Shown here: piece after piece, positions 9,788 through 17,904 of the stretch
Layout: every line of letters starts with the position of its first letter
Position numbering within the stretch: the stretch's first letter is position 1
Assembly: GCA_028286405.1 (NCBI GenBank)
Contig: JAQBRP010000008.1
Span: 2,958-66,957, forward strand
Length of the DNA: 64,000 nucleotides
Direction of reading: 5' to 3'
Source: Candidatus Saccharimonadota bacterium
GTDB lineage: Bacteria; Patescibacteriota; Saccharimonadia; Saccharimonadales; UBA4665
Notes under the pieces: generated by a model
Seen by the model: the letters and a program-made list of their open reading frames with translations, nothing else
Database searches by the model: none
What the model was told of the DNA's origin: nothing
Made by a program: the position numbers and the translations under genes

Positions 9788-10111
9788 ATGAATACGCCTG
9801 AAAAGACTACTACAATTGAACTTTGGAAAGACGAGAAGAAAATAGGCTTCAACGTTGAACCGCCTTTAAGCGATGACGAGCTGACTGCCCTAGAGTGGAC
9901 TGGAGCAGCTGAATATTTTTTTGCAGACCAGCAGCAAGAACCGCCAAGAACGGAATCGTGGGCATGGAGGCAAGACGCTCCAGAGTCACCAATACCTAAT
10001 ATCGACATGCATGATTTTGTAATACGGGCCTGGGCTCATCAAGTGCAAATGCTCCGTGAACTGCAAGGCCATGAAGTAGCCGTGGTCGACCGCCTTGATT
10101 CTGACGCATAG
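9788..10111 (+). CDS. hypothetical protein
   Basis: 107-aa acidic ORF lying between the two ~197-bp repeat units. Confidence 0.4.
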   Translation: MNTPEKTTTIELWKDEKKIGFNVEPPLSDDELTALEWTGAAEYFFADQQQEPPRTESWAWRQDAPESPIPNIDMHDFVIRAWAHQVQMLRELQGHEVAVVDRLDSDA

Positions 10112-10141
10112 CTTGAAATGCTAGTCGGGTCTAGCTTTATT

Positions 10142-10336
10142 GCAGTTATAACTTCCTCTATTGTGGTGAGCAAATGAAAAAGGCCTAGCAATGCTAGGCC
10201 TTTTTCATTTGTTTCGTCCGTTGGTCACAAGAACCAGATGCTTTGCATTCTGGTGCGGTAGAGCGAGGATGCGCGCAGAATCTAGTTTCGAGCACTACTT
10301 TGCGACAGGGCGAAGCGACCTAGCAACCGAAGCTAA
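10142..10336 (+). repeat. ~195-bp island repeat unit 2 (diverged copy of 9553-9749)
   Basis: Same order of 35-nt motif, terminator hairpin, AACCAGATGC/GCATTCTGG hairpin and GGTAGAGCGAGGA block. It ends in the degenerate tRNA end GCGACCTAGCAACCGAAGCTAA. Confidence 0.75.
10174..10214 (+). terminator. intrinsic terminator
   Basis: ATGAAAAAGGCCTAGCA-ATGC-TAGGCCTTTTTCAT hairpin followed by TTGTTT. Confidence 0.7.
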
Positions 10337-10360
10337 CTGAGCCTGAACCCTAAACCATGA

Positions 10361-11605
10361 TCATACCTTTTTTTGCTGAGACTTTAATTCATCATTCCAC
10401 ATGGCGTAGACCGGAATAAAAAACCCCATTTCTTCGGGTGAGGGGTAATCAACATTTTCTTCATCAAAAACGATTTGGCCGTCAACCCTGGTGAAAGCAG
10501 CTGTGATACCTAGACTTGTCCCATCTTTTCCTAGCATCATTAGACTAAGTGCCTCTTTCTTGTTTCTCATGCCGCCTATTTCTTTTCCTTCTTTAATTCT
10601 TTTATCCCACTTTTTTACATCTGTAATTGTCCACGTTTCGGCAATAAAAATGACTGCATCACCTGAGAGTTCATTAACGTATGCAGCAAGTTGATGAGAA
10701 AACAAAATTTTTTCTGACCTATCCCTAAAAACGGCCGCTAATGGATTGAACCCGGTCGACGTATGCACGAATGCCATCGATAGATAGCTTCCGTCCTTTT
10801 GGATCATAAACTTAGCAATTCTAAAAAGTGACTTAGCTGCCTCGTTAACATTTTCGCTTGAAATAGTCTCTGCAACCTCACCGTATCTTTCGCGAGCCAG
10901 CTGCACCATCTTGTCATCTCTTACGATCGGGACAATACTTCCTCCAACCGACTCACCTGATCTAAACTTGAACCTGGCAAAGCGAAATGAATCGTCGTAG
11001 CTTAAATCATTCTCGATATCGTTGCCAAGATTCAGCGGAGGACCCTGATAGCCGTCTTTTCTATCTAGGTATATCTCCAGGTCACTCACAAGCATACAAA
11101 GGAACTGAAAAACGTGAATTAAGACATGGATTAATTCATCCGATTTTCCTTCTACATCTACCCTGTACATTCTTTCAACCTCCATGGTTGCATATGACAG
11201 TTCTGGTTTATCTATAATTTGTTGTTTAGCATTCGCAATCACATCGTCCGTACTAGTCCTATAATCGTAATGTGCCTCGAAAATAACCCTTGCATAATCT
11301 GTCAACGTAATGAGTGAGGCGTAACTTTCTGAGGCAATTACATCTTCATGTACCACCTTGGTTCTTTTTGCGTGTAGCCACTTCATGTACGGATCGGCCT
11401 TCATGGTTTCTCGCCATGGCAGGTACCAAGTGTCAAAATTCGGGATTTCTTTTTTATTCGACTGAACTGCAAATGTGAGGTTACGGCACGCTTGAATGAG
11501 TGAGTGGGAATATGTGAAGAACCGCTCAGGGCTTTGATAGTTTTTAACCGCATCAACGAGCAAATAGTCTAGTTCTTTAATTTTATGCTCGAGGTTTCCA
11601 ACCAT
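10361..11605 (-). CDS. hypothetical protein (414 aa, AT-rich orphan)
   Basis: Long clean ORF, noticeably more AT-rich than the backbone. TGgTAATTT 6 nt before the ATG on the minus strand. No family recognised. Confidence 0.6.
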   Translation of the reverse strand: MVGNLEHKIKELDYLLVDAVKNYQSPERFFTYSHSLIQACRNLTFAVQSNKKEIPNFDTWYLPWRETMKADPYMKWLHAKRTKVVHEDVIASESYASLITLTDYARVIFEAHYDYRTSTDDVIANAKQQIIDKPELSYATMEVERMYRVDVEGKSDELIHVLIHVFQFLCMLVSDLEIYLDRKDGYQGPPLNLGNDIENDLSYDDSFRFARFKFRSGESVGGSIVPIVRDDKMVQLARERYGEVAETISSENVNEAAKSLFRIAKFMIQKDGSYLSMAFVHTSTGFNPLAAVFRDRSEKILFSHQLAAYVNELSGDAVIFIAETWTITDVKKWDKRIKEGKEIGGMRNKKEALSLMMLGKDGTSLGITAAFTRVDGQIVFDEENVDYPSPEEMGFFIPVYAMWNDELKSQQKKV

Positions 11606-11662
11606 GAATATAAATTACCACGATGCCAAAGGAACTTACAGTGAAACATGCTTAGCGCATGC

Positions 11663-11677
11663 TGATATAGTTAACCC
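11663..11677 (+). promoter_or_regulatory. extended -10 promoter directly abutting the start codon (leaderless type)
   Basis: TGaTATAGT followed by TAACCC, then the ATG at 11678. Confidence 0.5.
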
Positions 11678-12061
11678 ATGGCCCAAATCGACCAAACCCA
11701 CATAATTAACGCACCCATAGACAAGGTCTGGTGGGCGCTCACGACTGCCGAAGGCGCCGAACAATGGGGCGCTGGCCCCGCCAAAATGAACCCCACCGAC
11801 GGTGGTGAATTCAGTTACTGGAACGGCGACATTCACGGCACCAACACCGAAGTCATCCCCATGATGCTTCTAAAACAAGATTGGTACGGCCACGACGATC
11901 CGACCAAGCTCTACAAAGTCACTTTTAAATTCTTTTCGCCAAATACAACAACCACCGAGGTACACTTAACTCACAGCGGTGAGCACGACGACATCAAGAA
12001 GGACGAAGCCGACTGGCAAGACTACTACTTCGACCCGCTCAAGAAGGCACTGGAACGATAG
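11678..12061 (+). CDS. SRPBCC-domain protein (AHSA1/START-like)
   Basis: INAPIDKVW.ALT..E....W motif and ~127-aa size, typical of Aha1-like SRPBCC proteins. Confidence 0.75.
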   Translation: MAQIDQTHIINAPIDKVWWALTTAEGAEQWGAGPAKMNPTDGGEFSYWNGDIHGTNTEVIPMMLLKQDWYGHDDPTKLYKVTFKFFSPNTTTTEVHLTHSGEHDDIKKDEADWQDYYFDPLKKALER

Positions 12062-12089
12062 CCTAGGCGGGGGTGCGGTCTCAGCAGTT

Positions 12090-12104
12090 TGCTATAGTTA
12101 ACCC
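12090..12104 (+). promoter_or_regulatory. cassette promoter TTTGCTATAGTTAACCC (leaderless type)
   Basis: TGcTATAGT plus 6 nt, then the ATG at 12105. Confidence 0.5.
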
Positions 12105-12446
12105 ATGCAATACATCTTCCACGAACCAACCGACTACATCTTCAAGGACCGCGATGGCCACGATGGCAAATCATTCGGCACAAACAGCAAAACAAGCGGC
12201 CACCTGATTATTGAGTGTACCGACAAGCTAACCGTCGCCCTAACACAAAACGAAGTTGAGTTTAATTACTACGTCATAGCAGGCAATGGATATTTTATTC
12301 TGAACGACGAGAAGCAAGCCGTCAGCACTGGCGACCTAGTAGTAATACCGCCCAAAACAAAATACACCTTTGGCGGTCAGCTCAAAATGCTACTTATTCA
12401 GACATCACCGTGGTCTGCGGACCAGGAAACAGTTGAGCGACTCTAG
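12105..12446 (+). CDS. cupin-domain protein
   Basis: 113-aa beta-rich ORF with a G.GYF.....Q.V..GDLVVIPP..KY.F pattern resembling small cupins. Confidence 0.55.
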   Translation: MQYIFHEPTDYIFKDRDGHDGKSFGTNSKTSGHLIIECTDKLTVALTQNEVEFNYYVIAGNGYFILNDEKQAVSTGDLVVIPPKTKYTFGGQLKMLLIQTSPWSADQETVERL

Positions 12447-12519
12447 GCAGCTCATGATTATTTGGGCGTTCCTATGTTAGCCCGCGAGATACCTACAGCA
12501 GACCACTGCAACCAGGCTA

Positions 12520-13224
12520 TCACTCTGTAATTTCGCCAAAAAACTTTGTGGTGGCTATCTTACCAGAAGCGATAGCATATCTGTCTACCGGCCAGAACGG
12601 TAAAAGGCTAAGTTTTTTACCAGACTCCCTGGCATATAGCATCCATAAGAATGGATTAATACCTACCATGAACGGCACATCGCCTGGGGTGAATCCATCA
12701 GAAAATGCGGCGGCGTTTGCGACAGCGAGCACCGAAGCAGTGTAGCCCGCCCAAAATAAACTATTAATTTCTAGCGACTTCAAGGCTGCCTCAGAAAGGC
12801 CAGGTCGAATAGCCTTGTTAAGCAGTGTTGCCCTGGCACTTGGGGAGCGCACTTGGCGCACAAGGTCAGGGTACTGCTCGTCGAAGGTTGCACTATCCAT
12901 TTTTACGCTTGCCGTTTTTGCCGCTACGCCACCGCTCGACGACGCTCGCTTTTCCGCGCTTGCCGTTGAGCTGGCTGCAAGTGATCCGTCTTCATGTACG
13001 GAGCCGCTGAATATAGGCGTCAGGGAAGTGCTTGATTCACAGGTAATGCGCAGGACATCGGCGCTAATGAGACGTCTAACACCGTCTAGACCCCGTACGT
13101 TTACGCCTAGCCGCTCTTCGTCAAAGCCAACCGGCAGCCCAAGCGAGTCAATGCTAACTGTGTCAGTTAACTTAACGGCTTCTGGGAGTGCAACGAATCC
13201 TCGTGGCAGATCATGATTGGACAT
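12520..13224 (-). CDS. hypothetical membrane protein
   Basis: C-terminal hydrophobic helices. Start placed at the ATG at 13224 (TAATAT 7 nt upstream on the minus strand) rather than the TTG at 13260. Confidence 0.45.
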   Translation of the reverse strand: MSNHDLPRGFVALPEAVKLTDTVSIDSLGLPVGFDEERLGVNVRGLDGVRRLISADVLRITCESSTSLTPIFSGSVHEDGSLAASSTASAEKRASSSGGVAAKTASVKMDSATFDEQYPDLVRQVRSPSARATLLNKAIRPGLSEAALKSLEINSLFWAGYTASVLAVANAAAFSDGFTPGDVPFMVGINPFLWMLYARESGKKLSLLPFWPVDRYAIASGKIATTKFFGEITE

Positions 13225-13291
13225 TTTGCTGATATTATCGTCATTTGTACCACATTGCAAGCATGAGCACTCTGGTAGACCAATGTCTGTT

Positions 13292-13306
13292 TGCTATAGT
13301 TAGTCC
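13292..13306 (+). promoter_or_regulatory. cassette promoter TTTGCTATAGTTAGTCC (leaderless type)
   Basis: TGcTATAGT plus 6 nt, then the ATG at 13307. Confidence 0.5.
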
Positions 13307-13801
13307 ATGACAGATCGACTAAAGGCCTGGGGTGACAAGAAGATTATCCGCATAGCGTGCTGCTTCATTTTTAACGAAACAGGTGAGGTGTTACTATTGC
13401 AGCGCCATTCAGATGACCTCGGCGGTGGGAAGTGGGGAACGGCCGGTGGCCGTATTGAACATGGCGAAGAACCGAAGGCTGCAGTCATACGGGAAGTGCG
13501 TGAAGAGACAGGATTACAACTTGACGAGATTGAAGAGCTAGGCACACATGAGATTCGAATGCCACATGGGGCCGTACATATGACTAGTTTTAGGTCTATC
13601 ATCCAAGGCTCTGTTACTATCGTTATCGATCCCGAAGAGCACCACGAGTACAAATGGTTCGACATTAGTACTATAAAAACTGGTGATTATATTCTATGGG
13701 GTATCCCGACCATTCTGCACGATTTTGGACTGCTGGACGACTTTGATACCGATCCGACGTTAGCCGACGGAAGTCAGGCCGTTTTGTTGGGTTTGCTATA
13801 G
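13307..13801 (+). CDS. NUDIX hydrolase
   Basis: Nudix box G.W..AGGRIEHGEEP..AVIREVREETGL. Confidence 0.85.
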   Translation: MTDRLKAWGDKKIIRIACCFIFNETGEVLLLQRHSDDLGGGKWGTAGGRIEHGEEPKAAVIREVREETGLQLDEIEELGTHEIRMPHGAVHMTSFRSIIQGSVTIVIDPEEHHEYKWFDISTIKTGDYILWGIPTILHDFGLLDDFDTDPTLADGSQAVLLGLL

Positions 13802-13808
13802 TTAAGTT
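13794..13808 (+). promoter_or_regulatory. cassette promoter overlapping the upstream stop codon
   Basis: TGcTATAGT plus TAAGTT, then the ATG at 13809. The TAG inside TATAGT is the stop codon of the NUDIX gene. Confidence 0.5.
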
Positions 13809-14384
13809 ATGAGCAACGCAATCCTAGTCCCCGGCCGCCCAGATAAAGAAGAGCATTACGCCCCAGCCCTCCCCAGCAACAGTGAAGACCACTGGTTTAG
13901 CTGGCTCAAGCGCCAACTAATTCTAAAGGACATCCACGCAGTTTCAATAGAGCCGCCATTTCCATTCAGACCTCGATATAACGAATGGAAGAAAGAGTTT
14001 GAGCGCTTTGATATTACATCTGACACATTATTAGTTGGGCATAGCTGCGGCGGCGGATTCCTAGTACGCTACCTGAGCGAACACAAGGAATTGCAGGTTG
14101 GCAAAGTAGTGCTAGTTGCGCCTTGGATTAACCCCGACAACTACGAAGTGTCTGACACCGCCGACTTCTTCGAGTTCGACATCGACCCAGACTTTCCAAG
14201 CCGAACAAAAGGCGTATCGGTATTTATATCGAGTGACGATGATCCAAGTGTTGTTAAAACCGTCGAAATCCTAAAGGGTAAGGTGCACGATCTAGACATC
14301 CACCAGTATGCCGACAAAGGTCACTTCTGCCGAAACGATCTAGGAACCGATGAGTTCCCTGAACTACTGAGCACTTTGCTATAG
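13809..14384 (+). CDS. alpha/beta serine hydrolase (YdeN/RBBP9-like)
   Basis: ILVPG...HWFSWL start and LVGHSCGG nucleophile elbow; ~190 aa, as in YdeN-type esterases. Confidence 0.7.
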   Translation: MSNAILVPGRPDKEEHYAPALPSNSEDHWFSWLKRQLILKDIHAVSIEPPFPFRPRYNEWKKEFERFDITSDTLLVGHSCGGGFLVRYLSEHKELQVGKVVLVAPWINPDNYEVSDTADFFEFDIDPDFPSRTKGVSVFISSDDDPSVVKTVEILKGKVHDLDIHQYADKGHFCRNDLGTDEFPELLSTLL

Positions 14385-14391
14385 TTAACCC
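14377..14391 (+). promoter_or_regulatory. cassette promoter overlapping the upstream stop codon
   Basis: TGcTATAGT plus TAACCC, then the ATG at 14392. The TAG inside TATAGT terminates the hydrolase gene. Confidence 0.5.
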
Positions 14392-15270
14392 ATGAATGAA
14401 ATAGCTGTCCTCGACTACCGATTCCTGCCCGACACCAAAGCCGAAATTCAAGCGCTTGCCAGCAATGAAGTATTGTTCCCATGGGAACGCTGCCCAGAAG
14501 CCGAACGCATTACCCGCACAGGCACAGCCGACATAGCCCTCGTGACTCCCTGGGACATGATAGACACAACCTACTTAGACGCTTGCCCGCAACTCAAATA
14601 TGTTGGGCTATGCGGTACTTCCACCGCAAACATCGATTTGGACGAACTCGATCGGCGGGGCATTGCCTTTAGCAATATCGTCTCGGGCGACAAGGAGTCA
14701 GTGGCCGAGTTCTTTTTCATGCAGCTTGTAAGTCTGTCTCGAGGGCTAGGCGAATACCAGTGGAAGCCCGGCGAGCAACACGAACTCGTCGGACGCCGCA
14801 TTGGCATCATCGGTCTCGGAGCAGTCGGCAAAGCTATGGCGCACATGGCACTGGCATACAAAATGGATGTCGTTTATTTTAGCCCTCACCGTAAGCAGGA
14901 TTGGGAAGACAAAGGTATAGCGTACTTGGAAAAGAACGAGCTATTACAAACAAGCGAGATCGTTATGCTCTGCACCCCCACAAATGTCGAGGTGCTGGGC
15001 GAAGCCGAGTTTACGGCGATGAAGGCCGGAAGCATTCTCGTGCAAGCGTGTGGTGGCAATCCCTTTGATAAGCCGTCATTTTATAATTGGATAGCCCAGG
15101 ACGACAACTTCGCCCTGTTTGATATGTCAGCCAGTGAACAAAACTACCAAGCCTATCAAGATTTACCGCGAGTCATATTTTCCAGATCAGTAGCAGGTGA
15201 TACTTACGAGTCAAACGAACGCCGTGGCAAGCGAGTTGTCGAAAACTTGCACAACTACTTAAATTCATAA
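14392..15270 (+). CDS. D-isomer-specific 2-hydroxyacid dehydrogenase family protein (possibly catalytically degenerate)
   Basis: The NAD-binding motif GIIGLGAVGKAMA is present. Positions aligned with the catalytic GRG Arg and PH(I/V) His read CGG and SRSV. Confidence 0.7.
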   Translation: MNEIAVLDYRFLPDTKAEIQALASNEVLFPWERCPEAERITRTGTADIALVTPWDMIDTTYLDACPQLKYVGLCGTSTANIDLDELDRRGIAFSNIVSGDKESVAEFFFMQLVSLSRGLGEYQWKPGEQHELVGRRIGIIGLGAVGKAMAHMALAYKMDVVYFSPHRKQDWEDKGIAYLEKNELLQTSEIVMLCTPTNVEVLGEAEFTAMKAGSILVQACGGNPFDKPSFYNWIAQDDNFALFDMSASEQNYQAYQDLPRVIFSRSVAGDTYESNERRGKRVVENLHNYLNS

Positions 15271-15281
15271 TCAGACCTAGG

Positions 15282-15363
15282 AGTTACTGACCGTATTGTA
15301 GTGAGCCAAGAGGCTTATGCTTAAAAGACTTCTTCGGAAGTCTTTTTGTTATATAGTTAGCAT
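15282..15363 (+). repeat. cassette junction module J1: 35-nt motif ending GTGAGCCAAG, terminator and TATAGT promoter
   Basis: Related to 19549-19642 and 20316-20431. Terminator AAAAGACTTC-TTCG-GAAGTCTTTTT at 15323-15350; TATAGT at 15352-15357, 6 nt before the ATG at 15364. Confidence 0.7.
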
Positions 15364-15942
15364 ATGCAAACTTTCTGGCTCATCCTTGCGACGGTTGTTA
15401 CCGTTGGTTCAGTCATTCCATATGCACGCGACATCCTAAAGGGAAGTAGCCGTCCAAACATAGTATCCTGGATAACCTGGACGTTGCTTACCGGTATCGC
15501 AACAGCGGCTGCAATTAATGCTGGCGAATACACAACGGCCATATTCACTGGTTCAGCCGTGTTAGAAACGGCGATTATTGTTGTGCTGGGTTTAAGATAC
15601 GGTTATGTTAAATACACCCGCTTTGATGTTGTCTGCCAGGTGAGTGCAATTGTGGGCATCGTGTTATGGCAGCTCTTCGACTCGCCAACCGCGGGCGTAC
15701 TCGCGAGCGTCACGATTGACTTCATTGGCGCGCTACCAACGATTCGGCATTCATGGAAAATGCCCAGTGAAGAAACATGGTCCACCTACGCACTGGCAGG
15801 ACTTGGTGGAATATTTGCGATCTTCGCGTTAACATCCTACAACTGGGTCAGTCTAACTTACGCCGTTTATATCGTCATAATTAACATGCTTTTGTCGGCA
15901 ATCATTATTTACAAGATGCGATCAAGCCCCCAAATTTTCTAA
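15364..15942 (+). CDS. hypothetical polytopic membrane protein
   Basis: 192 aa with about six hydrophobic helices. Confidence 0.55.
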   Translation: MQTFWLILATVVTVGSVIPYARDILKGSSRPNIVSWITWTLLTGIATAAAINAGEYTTAIFTGSAVLETAIIVVLGLRYGYVKYTRFDVVCQVSAIVGIVLWQLFDSPTAGVLASVTIDFIGALPTIRHSWKMPSEETWSTYALAGLGGIFAIFALTSYNWVSLTYAVYIVIINMLLSAIIIYKMRSSPQIF

Positions 15943-15980
15943 GCTCGAGTAGCATTTGGTTCCAATCAATCCAATCGAGG

Positions 15981-15997
15981 GGAGCCAAGCATAAGCA
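15981..15997 (+). repeat. exact 17-nt direct repeat of the tRNA-Asn 3' end plus flank (att-like)
   Basis: GGAGCCAAGCATAAGCA is identical to 8608-8624. Confidence 0.8.
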
Positions 15998-16024
15998 TTA
16001 TGAGTAAGGGCAAAATATCTCTTT

Positions 16025-16041
16025 TGCTATAGTTAATGCAT
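16025..16041 (+). promoter_or_regulatory. cassette promoter TTTTGCTATAGTTAATGC
   Basis: TGcTATAGT upstream of the ATGs at 16036 and 16042. Confidence 0.45.
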
Positions 16042-16710
16042 ATGAGGCATTTATCGAAGAAAGCCACCTTTATACTGTCAGCTGTGCTTATTGTGGGCGG
16101 CCTAGGCATGCTAACATGGAGTGCGTTCTTACTTTTTGGGCAGCCTGGAGGAGCCCCAGCCAGCGACCAAACCACAGCGCGTGCTCCCTCAAGCCAAACC
16201 GAACCGTCCTCAATCCGGTCAAGCCCCGACGATATCTCTAACTATAAAGTCGCTTCCAGCCTACCAAAATTCATAACCATACAGTCAATTGGCGTTACAA
16301 AAACACGAATCAAACACCTAGGGCTAGCGGATAATAATCGAATTGCCGAACCGGACAATCTTTATGACACTGCCTGGTATACCGGAAGTTCTAAGCCGGG
16401 TGAGCAGGGAGCGATGTTTATTTTTGGTCACGTCTCGAGCTGGGAGGCTACTGGCATTTTTTATAATCTTAAGAACTTAAAGCCAGGAGATCGCATTACT
16501 ATTCAGCGTGGCGACGATCAGTTATTTCTCTACGAAGTAAGCTCAACTAAAACATACCCTGCCGACCAAGTAGATATGAACGCCGTGCTTGCACCCGTGA
16601 ACCCCAAAGTCCCCGGTCTTAATCTTATGACCTGTAGCGGAAAGGTTATAAAGGGAACAAACGATTTTAGTGAGCGGCTGGTAGTCTTTGCGAGCCTTGT
16701 AAAAAATTAA
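16042..16710 (+). CDS. class F-like sortase
   Basis: N-terminal TM anchor; TAWY...PGE.GA..IFGHV and LMTCSG (TLxTC-type catalytic Cys) motifs. The start could be 16036 or 16042. Confidence 0.75.
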   Translation: MRHLSKKATFILSAVLIVGGLGMLTWSAFLLFGQPGGAPASDQTTARAPSSQTEPSSIRSSPDDISNYKVASSLPKFITIQSIGVTKTRIKHLGLADNNRIAEPDNLYDTAWYTGSSKPGEQGAMFIFGHVSSWEATGIFYNLKNLKPGDRITIQRGDDQLFLYEVSSTKTYPADQVDMNAVLAPVNPKVPGLNLMTCSGKVIKGTNDFSERLVVFASLVKN

Positions 16711-16712
16711 TG

Positions 16713-17747
16713 TTAGTAGTGTTTACGCTGTTTTTTGTAAATTAGCCCCAACCCTGCGCCCATTGACACTATGCCAGTTAGCGCAATCGCCGTAGCAATG
16801 GGATCATGCTTACTAGGTGCGCCATGACCGGTTTTCGGGGCAATTATGGTTTGTCCTGCGCCACCGGATAAATTACCAGATGAATTACTGATGATATTTA
16901 GACCTCTTACGACGCCGATTTGGTGGGCCGTATTTTCTGTGAACCACATATTATTATCCGGGCCGGCGGTAATGTGAATCGGGCTGCTCATTGCAGTAGG
17001 CACACTATACTCGGTAATTGTACCGGAAGGGGTAATCTGGCCGATCTTATTACTAATGACTTCCGTGAACCAGACATTGCCGTCCGGGCCGGCGGCTATA
17101 CCGTACGGATAGCTCCCTGACGCAAGATCATACTCGGTAATCGTACCGCTCGTAGTGATTTTACCGATTTTATTGGTATCAGTCTCCGTAAACCACAGGT
17201 TGCCGTCCGGACCGGCGGTGATACCGCTTAACGAAATATTTGGACCAGGAACGAGATACTCGGTTATGGTACCTGTAGGCGTAATTTTTCCAATTTTGTT
17301 TGATACCTGCTCCGTAAACCACACGTTACCATCCGGGCCTGCTGCGAGAAAGGAGGGCAGGCTGTTTGACGTGGTGACAGTATATTCCGTAATCGTCCCG
17401 CTGGGTGTTATCTTACCAATTTTGTTAGGGATCTGCTCCGCAAACCACAGGTTGCCATCCGGGCCGGCGGTGATATTTTGTGTGCCACTAGTTGGACTAG
17501 GGATATCATATTGAGTTACCGCACCGCTGGTAGTAATCTTGCTAATCCTATTGCTATCGTTCTCTACATACCATAGGTTACCATCTGGGCCAGCAGCAAT
17601 TCCATCGGGCTCAGAAGTCGAAGACGGAAGCGTGTACTCAGATACTGTCACGGCAGCCAACACCGACGGAGCGGTGACGAAGGTGGCGAAAAGCATAGTT
17701 GCCACAAGAAAAGATCCACGTCTTATATATGCTCGTATATGACCCAT
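16713..17747 (-). CDS. secreted beta-propeller repeat protein (virginiamycin B lyase/Vgb-like repeats) with a C-terminal cell-wall sorting signal
   Basis: Signal peptide. About six tandem ~40-aa repeats (ITAGPDGNLWFTE..NKIGKITPSGTITEY). C-terminal APKTG, then a hydrophobic helix and a KKQRKHY tail. Confidence 0.7.
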   Translation of the reverse strand: MGHIRAYIRRGSFLVATMLFATFVTAPSVLAAVTVSEYTLPSSTSEPDGIAAGPDGNLWYVENDSNRISKITTSGAVTQYDIPSPTSGTQNITAGPDGNLWFAEQIPNKIGKITPSGTITEYTVTTSNSLPSFLAAGPDGNVWFTEQVSNKIGKITPTGTITEYLVPGPNISLSGITAGPDGNLWFTETDTNKIGKITTSGTITEYDLASGSYPYGIAAGPDGNVWFTEVISNKIGQITPSGTITEYSVPTAMSSPIHITAGPDNNMWFTENTAHQIGVVRGLNIISNSSGNLSGGAGQTIIAPKTGHGAPSKHDPIATAIALTGIVSMGAGLGLIYKKQRKHY

Positions 17748-17835
17748 GTCGGTTGTTTCCTTTTTAGCTTATGGTTTAAATATACTACAGTTTACTGATT
17801 CTATGTTCATATATGTCTCATCCAACCCCGTAAGC

Positions 17836-17861
17836 GGTTCGAGACCAGAAGCGGGAGCCAA
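17836..17861 (+). repeat. decayed tRNA-Asn 3'-half relic
   Basis: GGTTCGAGACCAGAAGCGGGAGCCAA compared with the tRNA sequence GGTTCGAGCCCAGCAGCCGGAGCCAA; same orientation as the tRNA. Confidence 0.65.
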
Positions 17862-17904
17862 CATTAGATTCAAGTTTACAGAGTTTAGGGCTAATGCTTT
17901 TATT

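Noticed and set aside
9553-10336. CRISPR array.
   Set aside because: Only two copies are present, the units are ~197 bp long, they are diverged, and they are separated by a protein-coding ORF. No short regular repeat-spacer periodicity was found anywhere in the window, and no cas genes.
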